Part shown: one piece after another, positions 9,872 through 19,801 of the stretch
How positions within the stretch are numbered: the first letter of the stretch is position 1
Layout of the letters: every line of letters starts with the position of its first letter
Assembly (NCBI GenBank): GCA_017555395.1
Contig: JAFZGL010000132.1
Span: 7,406 to 71,405 of the forward strand
Length of the DNA: 64,000 bases
Direction: 5' to 3'
DNA from: Oscillospiraceae bacterium
Lineage (GTDB): Bacteria; Bacillota; Clostridia; Oscillospirales; Oscillospiraceae
Made by a program: the position numbers and the translations under genes
The notes under the pieces: model-generated
What the model saw: the letters and a program-made list of their open reading frames with translations, nothing else
Database searches by the model: none
What the model was told of the DNA's origin: nothing

Positions 9872-10894
9872 ATGGCAAGAATTGTTACCTTCGGCGAACT
9901 GATGCTGCGTCTGCAGCCCTTCAACTACGAGCGTTTCGTCCAGGCTCAGAGCGTGGAATTCACCTTCGGCGGCGGCGAAGCAAACGTCTCCGTCTCCCTG
10001 GCTAACTACGGCATGGATGCCGCTTTCGTCACCAAGCTGCCCGCCCACGCCATCGGTCAGGCCGCAGTCAACTCCCTGCGCCGCTACGGCGTCGACACCT
10101 CCCTGATCGTCCGGGGCGGCGACCGTGTCGGTATCTACTACAACGAGAAGGGCGCTTCCCAGCGCGGCTCCGTCTGTATCTATGACCGTGCCCACTCCGC
10201 CATCCAGATGGCCAAGCCCGAGGACTTCGACTGGGATAAGATCTTCGAAGGCGCCGACTGGTTCCACTTCACCGGCATCACCCCCGCACTGGGCCCCAAC
10301 GTTGTGGAAATCTGCAAGGATGCATGTAAGGCTGCCAAGGCCAAGGGCATCAAGATCTCCTGCGACCTGAACTACCGCGGCAAGCTGTGGACCCGCGCTC
10401 AGGCAAACGCTGCCATGACCGAGCTGGCACAGTACATCGACGTCTGCATCTCCAACGAAGAGGATGCCAAGGATGTCTTCGGCATCGAAGCTGAGAACAC
10501 CGACATCTACGGCGGCACCATCAACCACGACGGCTACAAGTCCGTTGCAAAGCAGCTGGCTGACAAGTTCGGCTTCGAGAAGGTCGCCATCACCCTGCGT
10601 GAAAGCCACTCCGCATTCGACAACGGCTGGTCTGCCATGCTGTACGACGGCGAGAACTACTGCTTCTCCAAGAAGTACGATCTGCACATCATCGACCGCG
10701 TTGGCGGCGGTGACTCCTTCGGCGGCGGTCTGATCTACGCTCTGCTGAGCGGCAAGGACACCCAGGCAGCTGTTGAATTCGCGGTTGCAGCATCCGCACT
10801 GAAGCACTCCATCGGCGGCGACTACAACATGGTCACTGTTTCCGAAGTTGAGAAGCTGGCAGGCGGCGACGGCAGCGGCCGTATCCAGAGATAA
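9872..10894 (+). CDS. kdgK: 2-dehydro-3-deoxygluconokinase (PfkB family)
   Basis: FGELMLRL, GGGEANV, DLNYRGKLW and DRVGGGDSFGGG. Confidence 0.92.
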   Translation: MARIVTFGELMLRLQPFNYERFVQAQSVEFTFGGGEANVSVSLANYGMDAAFVTKLPAHAIGQAAVNSLRRYGVDTSLIVRGGDRVGIYYNEKGASQRGSVCIYDRAHSAIQMAKPEDFDWDKIFEGADWFHFTGITPALGPNVVEICKDACKAAKAKGIKISCDLNYRGKLWTRAQANAAMTELAQYIDVCISNEEDAKDVFGIEAENTDIYGGTINHDGYKSVAKQLADKFGFEKVAITLRESHSAFDNGWSAMLYDGENYCFSKKYDLHIIDRVGGGDSFGGGLIYALLSGKDTQAAVEFAVAASALKHSIGGDYNMVTVSEVEKLAGGDGSGRIQR

Positions 10895-10907
10895 TTTTTG
10901 CCAATAT

Positions 10908-10942
10908 ATTAGCCTCTGCCCATTCCTGGCAGAGGCTAATTT
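10908..10942 (+). terminator. Hairpin after kdgK
   Basis: ATTAGCCTCTGCC...GGCAGAGGCTAAT inverted repeat. Confidence 0.6.
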
Positions 10943-11011
10943 GGAACTGACCGTTTTCGATCATTATTCGTAATATTAAAATACTATTTATTATTATTGG
11001 GTGAAGTAACT

Positions 11012-12448
11012 ATGAAAGAATTCATGAATATGCAGGATTTCATCCTGGAAACCCCCACTGCTCAGCATCTGTTCCACACCTATGCTGAAAAGATGCCTCT
11101 GGCTGACTACCACTGCCATCTGAATCCCCAGGAAATCTGGGAGGACCGCCGTTTCAACAACCTGGCCGAAGTTTGGCTGGGCGGCGAGAACCCTGACGGC
11201 ACCTTCGCCGGCGACCACTACAAGTGGCGTGTGATCCGTTCCAACGGTGTTGAGGAAAAGTATGTCACCGGTATGACCGATCCTTACGAGCGCTTCCTGA
11301 AGTTTGTCGAGGCTCTGGAAATGGCTATCGGCAACCCCATGTATCACTGGTGCCATATGGAGCTGCAGCAGTTCTTCGGTGTCAAGGAACCTCTGACCAC
11401 CGAGAGCGCAAAGCGCATCTGGGATCACTGCAACGATCTGCTGCAGAACGATCCTGAAATGTCTGCCCGCGGTCTGATCCGCAAGGCTAACGTTGCCTTC
11501 ATCGGCACCACTGACGATCCCATCGATTCCCTGATCTGGCACGAGAAGATCGCTGCCGATCCCACCATCGAAGTTGTGGTTGGTCCCTCCTACCGTCCCG
11601 ACAAGGCTGTCAACATCCACAAGGGCGGCTGGCATGAATACATGAAGGCCCTGGCTAAGTCCGTCGGCAAGGAATCCCTGGCCAACATGCAGGAAGTCCT
11701 GGATGCTCTGCTGGAGCGTCTGGAGCACTTCTACGCCCATGGCTGCAAGGCTTCCGACCATGGCCTGGACTATGTTCCCTTCGTCGACTACACCGTCGAG
11801 CAGGCTGATGCTGTCTACCAGAAGGCTCTGAAGGGTGAGGCTCTGACCGTCGAGGAAATCGAAGGCTATCAGACTGTGATCCTGCTGACTCTGGGCAAGG
11901 AATACCACAAGAAGGACATCGCCATGCAGCTGCACTACTCCTGCCTGCGCAACAACAACCAGCGCATCTTCAAGCTGCAGGGCGGCGATACCGGCGTTGA
12001 CGCCATCGCTCAGAACACCTGCGGCGGCAACATCTCCAAGCTGCTGTCCGCTCTGGACGAGGCTGGTGCCTGCCCCAAGACCATCCTGTACTCCCTGAAC
12101 CCCGTGGACAATGCTCAGCTGGGTTCTCTGATCGGCTGCTTCCAGGGACCTGAGGTTCCCGGCAAGATCCAGCACGGCTCTGCCTGGTGGTTCAATGACC
12201 ACAAGGTGGGCATGGAAGAGCAGATGAAGTCCCTGGCCAGCCTGGGTCTGCTGGGCAACTTCATCGGCATGCTGACCGACTCCCGCTCCTTCCTGAGCTA
12301 TGCCCGTCATGACTACTTCCGCCGCATTATGTGCAACCTGATCGGCAACTGGGTTGAGAACGGCGAGTATCCCAACAACGAGGCTGCCCTGAAGAAGATC
12401 GTGGAAGGCATCTCCTTCAACAACGCAAAGCGTTACTTCAACCTGTAA
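11012..12448 (+). CDS. uxaC: Uronate (glucuronate) isomerase
   Basis: DYHCHL, GDHYKWR, GSAWWFNDH and GMLTDSRSFLSY; start set at ATG 11012. Confidence 0.95.
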   Translation: MKEFMNMQDFILETPTAQHLFHTYAEKMPLADYHCHLNPQEIWEDRRFNNLAEVWLGGENPDGTFAGDHYKWRVIRSNGVEEKYVTGMTDPYERFLKFVEALEMAIGNPMYHWCHMELQQFFGVKEPLTTESAKRIWDHCNDLLQNDPEMSARGLIRKANVAFIGTTDDPIDSLIWHEKIAADPTIEVVVGPSYRPDKAVNIHKGGWHEYMKALAKSVGKESLANMQEVLDALLERLEHFYAHGCKASDHGLDYVPFVDYTVEQADAVYQKALKGEALTVEEIEGYQTVILLTLGKEYHKKDIAMQLHYSCLRNNNQRIFKLQGGDTGVDAIAQNTCGGNISKLLSALDEAGACPKTILYSLNPVDNAQLGSLIGCFQGPEVPGKIQHGSAWWFNDHKVGMEEQMKSLASLGLLGNFIGMLTDSRSFLSYARHDYFRRIMCNLIGNWVENGEYPNNEAALKKIVEGISFNNAKRYFNL

Positions 12449-12459
12449 TATAAGCACAA

Positions 12460-12497
12460 TAAAACCGGCACCCGATTGGGTGCCGGTTCTTTTTTTG
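12460..12497. terminator. Bidirectional terminator between uxaC and the EamA gene
   Basis: AAAACCGGCACCC-GATT-GGGTGCCGGTTCTTTTTTT. Confidence 0.8.
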
Positions 12498-12500
12498 ATT

Positions 12501-13427
12501 TTAGAGTTCTTCCGCAACTGCCATCAGCAGGATACCGAAAATGACAATGGCAATAAAGACGTAGGTTTTCCAGTTGAGCTTTTCCTTCAGGAAGATCCGG
12601 GACAGCAGCAGGGACACGACACAGACGGAGGACAGGATGGGAGCGGCAACAGCATCAACACCGCCCAGGGCATACACATAGGTAAACTGACCGGCAGTCT
12701 CAAAGACAGCTGCCAGGATCTTATCCTTGTGCTGGGGGACAGGGCCGAACTTAACCTTCTTATGCTTCATGAAGATGAACAGACCCAGTGCGAACAGTGC
12801 AAAGGTCAGCTCATAGCTGGTATTGGCAACTGCTTCGATGGTTTCTTCGGTGACATCCACAAAGGGAGCTTCCGCAAAATCCTCAACCAGGAAGAAGGCA
12901 TCATCCAGGAAGGTACCGACAGCGTCCAGCAGAGCATACATAAAGGGCATGATGAACGCAACAATGGCCAGTTTCTTGCCGTAGGTCTTCTTTCTGGTGG
13001 TTTCACCGTGGTTTTCCAGGAAACTGACACCCAGAACACCAACGGTAATAATACCGATGGCAACCCAGGTCAGGGCGGAAATCTCTTCCTGCAGGAAGAT
13101 CACGAACAGCAGCGCACAGATGACGCCGGCAGTATTCTCAATGGGGTCGGAAATGGATTCCTCCAGGAAGCGCATGCCGAAGTAGGAGAAAGCCATGGAG
13201 ATGATGTAAAACAGGGAGACAGGCAGATAGATCAGCAGGTTCACAGGATTGTATCCAATATCCTGTGTCAACAGGGTAAAGACTGCATGGGCACCCATCA
13301 CAACGCCAACCCAGACGCAGATCTTCAGATGGGAGTACTTTTCATTGGGCAGCGCACCTTTTTTGTAAAAAAGTTCAGCGGTACCCCACAGCAGAGCAGT
13401 GGCAACGGAGAAAAATAACCAGGACAT
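12501..13427 (-). CDS. EamA/DMT family transporter
   Basis: About 10 TM in two repeats; FLQEEI and FLKEKL DMT signatures. Confidence 0.82.
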   Translation of the reverse strand: MSWLFFSVATALLWGTAELFYKKGALPNEKYSHLKICVWVGVVMGAHAVFTLLTQDIGYNPVNLLIYLPVSLFYIISMAFSYFGMRFLEESISDPIENTAGVICALLFVIFLQEEISALTWVAIGIITVGVLGVSFLENHGETTRKKTYGKKLAIVAFIMPFMYALLDAVGTFLDDAFFLVEDFAEAPFVDVTEETIEAVANTSYELTFALFALGLFIFMKHKKVKFGPVPQHKDKILAAVFETAGQFTYVYALGGVDAVAAPILSSVCVVSLLLSRIFLKEKLNWKTYVFIAIVIFGILLMAVAEEL

Positions 13428-13514
13428 AATTTCTACCTCTTTCTTTTGTTCTATTTGATTGTATCATAGCATTTCGCTTTAAGATTCGGCAATCCTTGGG
13501 GATTGCCGAACAGA

Positions 13515-14798
13515 TTACAGATTCACGAGACCTGCGTCCACCATTTTCTGCAGACTCATCAGAATGCCCAGCTTGGCATGGTACCAGGTCAGGCCGCCCT
13601 GGAAATAGACCGCATAGGGCTCACGGATGGGGCCGTCGGCGGACAGCTCCATGGTGCTGCCCTGGACGAAGGCACCGGCTGCCATGATGACCTGGCTGTC
13701 GTAGCCGGGCATGTCGCCGGGAATGGGAGTAGCATAGGAATCCACAGGCGCCGCAGCCTGGATGCCCTTGCAGAAGGCAACCATGCCGGCCTCACTGCCC
13801 AGTTCCACCGCCTGAATGATGTCATGGCGGCTTTCGGTGGCATTGGGAATGCACTTGAAGCCCAGAGGCTCATAGAGATTGGCCGCGAAGATAGCACCCT
13901 TTTCCGCACTGGCAGTCACCGTGGGAGACAGGAAGAAGCCCTGATACAGCTGACCCATCAGACCGAAGTTGGCACCGACCTCCTGACCAAGGCCGGGAGC
14001 AGAGAGCCGGTAGGCACAGCGGTCGATGCAGGTTCTGGTACCGGCAATGTAACCGCCGGAAGAAGCCAGACCGCCGCCGGGGTTCTTGATCAGGGAACCC
14101 ACAATCATGTCCGCACCCACGTCAGAGGGCTCAATGGTCTCCACAAATTCACCGTAGCAATTGTCAACCATCACAATCACATCGGGCTTGATGTTCTTGC
14201 AGAAGGCGATCAGCTCGCCGATCTGCTTCACAGAGAAGGTGGGACGGGTGGCATAACCCTTGGAGCGCTGGATGGTGATCATCTTGGTTCTGGAGTTGAT
14301 GGCCTTTGCGATGTTATCATAGTCAAAGGTGCCATCGGGAAGCAGATCCACCTGATTATAGGTAACGCCGTATTCTGCCAGGGAGCAGGGGCTGGGACGG
14401 ATGCCGATGACCTCCTGCAGAGTGTCATAGGGCAGACCCACAGGGCTCAGCAGCTCGTCGCCGGGCAGCAGATTAGCGCTGAGGGCGATGGTCAGAGCGT
14501 GGGTGCCGCAGGTGATGTGGGGACGAACCAGGGCAGCTTCCGTATGGAACACATCCGCATAGACCTGCTCCAGCTTGTCACGGCCTTCGTCATTGTAGCC
14601 GTAGCCGGTGGAGGCGGCAAAACAGGTGGCGCTGACTCGGTTCTTGATAAAAGCGGACAGCACTTTGGCCTGGTTGTACTCAGCCACCTGATCAATGGAT
14701 TCAAAACGGTCTCTCAGCCGGGCAACAGTTTCCTCGCCGTAGGCATATACAGCAGGAGAAATGCCCATCTGCTGATACAGTTCAGTCAGTTCTCTCAT
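13515..14798 (-). CDS. PLP-dependent methionine gamma-lyase family (aluminium-resistance/YnbB-like) protein
   Basis: STGYGYNDEGRD, IQRSKGY, VDNCYGEFVE, GSLIKNPGGG and AAGAFVQGST. Confidence 0.9.
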   Translation of the reverse strand: MRELTELYQQMGISPAVYAYGEETVARLRDRFESIDQVAEYNQAKVLSAFIKNRVSATCFAASTGYGYNDEGRDKLEQVYADVFHTEAALVRPHITCGTHALTIALSANLLPGDELLSPVGLPYDTLQEVIGIRPSPCSLAEYGVTYNQVDLLPDGTFDYDNIAKAINSRTKMITIQRSKGYATRPTFSVKQIGELIAFCKNIKPDVIVMVDNCYGEFVETIEPSDVGADMIVGSLIKNPGGGLASSGGYIAGTRTCIDRCAYRLSAPGLGQEVGANFGLMGQLYQGFFLSPTVTASAEKGAIFAANLYEPLGFKCIPNATESRHDIIQAVELGSEAGMVAFCKGIQAAAPVDSYATPIPGDMPGYDSQVIMAAGAFVQGSTMELSADGPIREPYAVYFQGGLTWYHAKLGILMSLQKMVDAGLVNL

Positions 14799-14809
14799 AT
14801 TCAATCCTC

Positions 14810-15040
14810 TTATTCAATGGTTTGGAAAATTTCATTTGCCAGATTATTCAGGGTTTCCGGCTTGCTCACAATCAGTCCCGTTTCGCTTCTTCCCAGAATC
14901 AGCAGCGTATCGCCGGGTTCAATGCCGAAAAACTCGCGGGCTTCCTTGGGGATCACGATCTGTCCCCGGTCACCCACCTTCGCGGTGCCGAACACCTGCT
15001 GAGGTTTCTGTTTACCAAGAATGTGTTTTCCTCCAGCCAT
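14810..15040 (-). CDS. AbrB/MazE/SpoVT family DNA-binding protein
   Basis: AKVGDRGQIVIPKEAREFFGIEPGD; RBS GAGGAGGT. Confidence 0.88.
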   Translation of the reverse strand: MAGGKHILGKQKPQQVFGTAKVGDRGQIVIPKEAREFFGIEPGDTLLILGRSETGLIVSKPETLNNLANEIFQTIE

Positions 15041-15061
15041 GAAGCACCTCCTCACAAATCA

Positions 15062-15117
15062 CACTTTTCATACTTTTCACACCACCAGAGTATACAAAAT
15101 TCCGCTCCGGTTGTCAA
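15062..15117 (-). promoter_or_regulatory. SigA promoter with downstream TGAAAAGT direct repeat (candidate autoregulatory site)
   Basis: TTGACA (15117-15112), 17-bp spacer, TATACT (15094-15089); TGAAAAGT twice at 9-bp period. Confidence 0.65.
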
Positions 15118-15140
15118 GCCCGGAGCGGAAAATCTTTGTA

Positions 15141-15578
15141 TTATTCTTCCAAAAGGATCGCTTTCGCTTTGGTATATTTGTCTCTAAAATAGGCCATTCC
15201 TTCCTCGCTCATGCCGCATCCGGACAGTCTGGTCTGATCGGAGTTATGGGCAATGTCCGCAAGCTTTACCTTCACGGCAACAGGATTTTCCCTGATGCCC
15301 CGGACATACTCAAAATAGGGCACTTCTTTCGGATGGGTCAGCAGCCTCAGGGGCTCCATCACCGACTGCGGAAACTCCTTTTCCAGATCTTCAAAGGTGA
15401 TGTCTGTATCCTCCACAGTATCGTGAAGCAGCGCCACGCAGCAGGAAATCTCGTCCTCCATCTGTTCTGCCAGATGTATGGGGTGAAACACATAGGGCAT
15501 CCCTGCCTTGTCCACCTGCCCATGGTGGGCAGCATAGGCGATCTGCATGGCTTTCATGGTCAGAGGGGTATATACCAT
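15141..15578 (-). CDS. HD-domain small alarmone hydrolase-like (Mesh1/SpoT HD) protein
   Basis: AHHGQVDKAGMPYVFHP, ALLHDTVEDT and VKLADIAHN; no synthetase domain. Confidence 0.85.
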   Translation of the reverse strand: MVYTPLTMKAMQIAYAAHHGQVDKAGMPYVFHPIHLAEQMEDEISCCVALLHDTVEDTDITFEDLEKEFPQSVMEPLRLLTHPKEVPYFEYVRGIRENPVAVKVKLADIAHNSDQTRLSGCGMSEEGMAYFRDKYTKAKAILLEE

Positions 15579-16303
15579 CAGTCATCTCTCCGTCTTCCGC
15601 CGAACAGCACGATCAGCCGCAGCAGCTGGGCCAGCGCCACCGCAGTGGCAGCCACATAGGTCAGAGCAGCAGCCTTCAGAGTCTTCCGGGCGCCTCTCTG
15701 TTCTTCGGCCGTCAGCAGGTTGCTGGCTTCAATGGCCTGCATGGCCCGTCGGCTGGCATTGAACTCCACAGGCAGTGTGACAATCTGAAATACCAGGCTC
15801 ATACCGAAGGCTGCAATTCCCAGATACACCAGGGTGTCGGAAAAGCTGCCCAGGAAGGTCATCAGAATACCCGCCAGGATCAGAGGCATGGCAATCCTGC
15901 TTCCGAAATTGGTCAGAGGAATGATAGCTGCCCGCACTTTGATGGGACCGTAGTTTTCCGCATACTGGACTGCATGCCCTGCCTCATGACAGGCAACACC
16001 GATGGCCGCAGTGGACGTATTGGAATAGACACTGTCCGACAGACGGATCACATTGGTTTTGGGATCATAGTGATCCGTCAGGTTGCCGCTGACCCGGTCG
16101 ATCCGGACCCCCCGGACACCGTTGGCCATCAGCACCCGCTGAGCAGCCTCCGCACCGGTCAGGCCCCGGCTGGAATACTGTCTGGAATACTTTTTAAATG
16201 TGCTGTTGACATTGCTGCTTGCCCACAGGGAAAGCAGGATACAGGGCAGGACCAGGACAAGATACGTCCAGTCAAACCCGTAATAACCGTAGGGATAGTA
16301 CAT
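15578..16303 (-). CDS. Membrane zinc metallopeptidase (YugP/Zn_peptidase_2)
   Basis: LTDHYDP, ACHEAGHAVQ, TLPVEFNASRRA and AAALTYVA. Confidence 0.92.
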   Translation of the reverse strand: MYYPYGYYGFDWTYLVLVLPCILLSLWASSNVNSTFKKYSRQYSSRGLTGAEAAQRVLMANGVRGVRIDRVSGNLTDHYDPKTNVIRLSDSVYSNTSTAAIGVACHEAGHAVQYAENYGPIKVRAAIIPLTNFGSRIAMPLILAGILMTFLGSFSDTLVYLGIAAFGMSLVFQIVTLPVEFNASRRAMQAIEASNLLTAEEQRGARKTLKAAALTYVAATAVALAQLLRLIVLFGGRRRDD

Positions 16304-16318
16304 ATTTCAGTCTCCTTA

Positions 16319-17098
16319 TCACTGTTTGGGTTTCATCGCCTGATGGAGGGTGTCTGTAATAGCACCCCGGAAAACAGACCAGGCCTGATTATGAAGCGTA
16401 TTCATGGCTGCCGCGGAAAGATGAGGCGCGATATTGCCCGCAATGTAGAAATCCTGATCAAAGATAAATTTTGTCTCTCTGTCCGCGGATCCCGGTTTTG
16501 CCCTTACGGGACCTGCGTGGATCTGCAGGCGGCAGCCGCCACGGCCCGCCATTTCCAGGTCCAAAATACAGCGGGAGGCCGTCTCCTCTTTTGCCTCCGG
16601 TTCTGCCAGCGGTCCGAGGTAACAGGGCAAGATCAGCTCAGAGAACTTCTTGTCCTCCAGTCCAAGGGCCTTTCTGGAAATCACATTCCGGTAGCGAAGA
16701 CCGATCCGCTGAAAGTATTCCGGCCGATACAGTTGGATAAATGCCGCCAGGGGTTTGTCAAAATGCGCCGCAAATTCCTCCCAGCAGGAATACCGGGAGC
16801 AGGTCAGAGAAATGAACCGGCTGGTCAGATTGATCCGCCATACATCATCCGCGGATACAAACTGACAGTTGATGCTGCCGGGAGCATGCTCCAGCTGAAA
16901 CTGACCCGGTTTTCCAACGATTTTCGGCACAGGAATCTCCATTCGTCTCTGGAAACGGGGATATTGTTCCCGGATTGCTTCCATAAATGCGGCCGGGGAT
17001 TCAGCCGCTATAGAGGAAATCTCAGGGAAATAAAACTGGCAGATAACCTCGGCCAGCTGATTGGCACCGTAGCGGCACCGGGGTTTGTCCGAATACAT
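16319..17098 (-). CDS. TIGR04255 family protein
   Basis: LAEVICQFYFP, YSCWEEF, RIGLRYRNVI and FIFDQD pattern. Confidence 0.78.
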   Translation of the reverse strand: MYSDKPRCRYGANQLAEVICQFYFPEISSIAAESPAAFMEAIREQYPRFQRRMEIPVPKIVGKPGQFQLEHAPGSINCQFVSADDVWRINLTSRFISLTCSRYSCWEEFAAHFDKPLAAFIQLYRPEYFQRIGLRYRNVISRKALGLEDKKFSELILPCYLGPLAEPEAKEETASRCILDLEMAGRGGCRLQIHAGPVRAKPGSADRETKFIFDQDFYIAGNIAPHLSAAAMNTLHNQAWSVFRGAITDTLHQAMKPKQ

Positions 17099-17299
17099 AT
17101 GCGCCCTCCTCGTCTCTTTTTTCTATTATACCCCTCCCCTCTCCAATTGGCAAGCATCCCGTTGATCCGGTTGTATCAGAAACTGAAATAATAGAGCAGG
17201 AAAGATTCAGCAAAGCTTACAAAGATTCACATTTTATTCATAAACCTCAGCCCCCGAACTGATATACTGAAGAAAACGTTTTGGTAAGGATGTGATGCT

Positions 17300-18511
17300 G
17301 TGGTTGATCCCAAGAAGCGCAGGTATTTATATATAAGCCTGTCTGTTTTCTCTGCCATCGGCCTGAGTCTGCTGCTGTATTTTATGCTGCTGCGGCTGCA
17401 GGGCGTCGGTGCGGTACTGCGCACAATCTCCGATATTCTGGCGCCTTTCGTATACGGCGGCGTTGTCGCCTACCTGCTGCGCCCCCTGTGCAATGCCTAT
17501 GAATCCTTTCTGGTGGAGCTGTTCCCCAAAAAGCTCAAGCGTCTTTCCAATTCCATTGCAGTGATCCTCAGTCTGGTCACCGGTATTCTGATCGTCTATA
17601 CATTGATCATCATGGTAGCACCTCAGCTCTATCAGAGTGTCCTGTCCCTTTGGAACTCTATGCCTGAAAAAATCAATCAGTTTGTGGCATGGGCCACCGG
17701 AATTTTCGGTGAGGACGAGAAAATGCTACAGCTGTTCAACACCGCCTCCCAGATGCTGATGGAAGAACTGGAAACCTGGGCGAAAAACACCCTGGTTCCC
17801 TATATTTCCAACATTGTCAGCGGCGTGGGCAGCAGCGTGCTGAAGGTTCTTAACTTCCTGTATGATATGCTGATCGGTCTGATCGTTGCAGTCTATCTGC
17901 TGGGCAGCCGAAAAAAATTCGCCCGTCAGAGTGTTCTGCTGGTTCGCAGCACCTTGAAGCCCAAGTGGGCAGACATGTTCCTGGCAGAAATTGCCTTTAT
18001 CGACCGGGTCTTCGGCGGATTTATTGACGGCAAACTGGTGGACTCCGCCATCATCGGCGTACTGTGCTACATCGGCTGTCTGATCTTCAAATTCCCCAAT
18101 CCCCTGCTGATCGCAGCCATCGTAGGCATCACCAATATCATTCCTTTCTTCGGTCCCTTTATCGGCGCCATTCCCAGTACCTTCCTGATCCTGATTGAAG
18201 ATCCCATCAAGGCTCTGTGGTTTGTTCTGTTTGTCCTGGTGCTGCAACAGCTGGACGGAAACATCATCGGCCCCGCCATTCTGGGTGACCGCACCGGTCT
18301 TTCCAGCTTCTGGGTGCTGTTCACCATCATTCTCTTCGGCGGTCTCTGGGGCGTTGTGGGCATGATCATTGCAGTCCCTCTCTTTGCCGTGATTTATGAC
18401 ACTATCAAGAAGCTTGTCCGCCGTGGTCTTGTTACCAAGGACCAGATTGAACTCTGGCAGCAGTATAAGGCCGACTATCCGGACGATGACTCAAAACCAA
18501 AATCAGAATAA
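17300..18511 (+). CDS. AI-2E family transporter
   Basis: AYLLRP, NIIPFFGPFIG, QQLDGNIIGP and GMIIAVP. Confidence 0.9.
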   Translation: MVDPKKRRYLYISLSVFSAIGLSLLLYFMLLRLQGVGAVLRTISDILAPFVYGGVVAYLLRPLCNAYESFLVELFPKKLKRLSNSIAVILSLVTGILIVYTLIIMVAPQLYQSVLSLWNSMPEKINQFVAWATGIFGEDEKMLQLFNTASQMLMEELETWAKNTLVPYISNIVSGVGSSVLKVLNFLYDMLIGLIVAVYLLGSRKKFARQSVLLVRSTLKPKWADMFLAEIAFIDRVFGGFIDGKLVDSAIIGVLCYIGCLIFKFPNPLLIAAIVGITNIIPFFGPFIGAIPSTFLILIEDPIKALWFVLFVLVLQQLDGNIIGPAILGDRTGLSSFWVLFTIILFGGLWGVVGMIIAVPLFAVIYDTIKKLVRRGLVTKDQIELWQQYKADYPDDDSKPKSE

Positions 18512-18543
18512 GAAAAGCCGCCGTGAAATACACGGCGGTTTCT

Positions 18544-19653
18544 TTATTCCGTTCCTGCTTCAAGGGCTTCCCGGTCATCGGCAAACCGTGCCCGGGTTCG
18601 CCGCGCCGCTTCAATGAGACTCTGAAATTCTCCGGAGAGAACCTTCCGCATATTGTCATCCATGCTGAGCACCTTCAGATAGTTCAGCGTGTTTTTGGGA
18701 TGGAGAATATCCAGTGTGGACTCTACGCCGCCGCTCCCCAGCAGGGTGAACAGCACATCCACCAGACGGCTGCGCTCCTGATCCGTCATATCTGCGAACC
18801 AGGATTTGATGGTGGCATCCACAAATCTCGAATCTTTGGAAACCTCTTCCACTGTGATAAATTCCCTTCCCATAACCTCCCAGTTATAGGGATCATGCTG
18901 CAGAAGACTGACTGACCGGCTCTTCACAACGGTATAGGCTTCCTCATGCTCCAGCAGCATGCCGATCACAGAGGACTCAGGGATATAGGTTTTGATTCTT
19001 GGTACCACTGCAAGATATCCGGGATCCCCCATCATATATTCCGTAAAACCGGGACCATCATGGTTATAGACTTCCAGTATTTGTTCCTGAATCAGCGGGC
19101 CGCTTCTGGCAGCCGCAAATACAGCCAGATTGCCACCTTTGGAATGACCGCCCAGCCGCAGAGGCACAGAATACTCCGCTGCCACTTCCCGGAGGTACTG
19201 TTCCGCCAGATGCTGTGCCGGAACCGTCTGCCGGAAAGACATATTGAAATCCTCTTTCCAGCCCACCAGGGAATAATCCGTTCCACGGAATGCCAGGAAG
19301 GCACTTCCGTCGTCCAGCAGGAATGTGACAGCAGCAAACTGAGTCTCCTGCTCCGGGATCAGGGTATCTCTGTACATAACGATTTTTGCCTGTCCGAACC
19401 GGGTACTCACCGCAGCTTTCTGAAGCAAATCCAGATCACTTTCCACCCGTACACGTTCTTCCGGATTGTCAAGGCTGAAGAACGTCTCCGCCGCATCCCG
19501 CAGCAACACAGGCTCAGACGGGTTCTGCTCAACCGCTCCGCCATAATGGATATAACTCAGCGCAGAAAAGATCAGCGCATCCACCGCACCTGGCGGGTCC
19601 TGCCGGAAGGAAAGGTCTCCCCGCCACTGTATATAGTCAAACAATGTTGCCAT
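18544..19653 (-). CDS. DUF2974 (Mbeg1-like) alpha/beta hydrolase
   Basis: QFAAVTF, AFRGTD..LVGWKEDF, GHSKGGNLA and DGPGF. Confidence 0.88.
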   Translation of the reverse strand: MATLFDYIQWRGDLSFRQDPPGAVDALIFSALSYIHYGGAVEQNPSEPVLLRDAAETFFSLDNPEERVRVESDLDLLQKAAVSTRFGQAKIVMYRDTLIPEQETQFAAVTFLLDDGSAFLAFRGTDYSLVGWKEDFNMSFRQTVPAQHLAEQYLREVAAEYSVPLRLGGHSKGGNLAVFAAARSGPLIQEQILEVYNHDGPGFTEYMMGDPGYLAVVPRIKTYIPESSVIGMLLEHEEAYTVVKSRSVSLLQHDPYNWEVMGREFITVEEVSKDSRFVDATIKSWFADMTDQERSRLVDVLFTLLGSGGVESTLDILHPKNTLNYLKVLSMDDNMRKVLSGEFQSLIEAARRTRARFADDREALEAGTE

Positions 19654-19801
19654 GACGCTCACCTCTTACCATTACGATATCATGGAATTGTTAATAATTC
19701 CACCATTTTCCTGCGACAAATTCCGCAGTATTCCAACGGTTGACAAATGTCTTTATCGCCGTTAAAATAAGGATTATCAATCAAATTCGGAGGAATTTCT
19801 C

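Noticed and set aside
14810-15040. AbrB/MazE protein as a toxin-antitoxin antitoxin
   Set aside because: The downstream gene is a PLP enzyme and no adjacent toxin is present.
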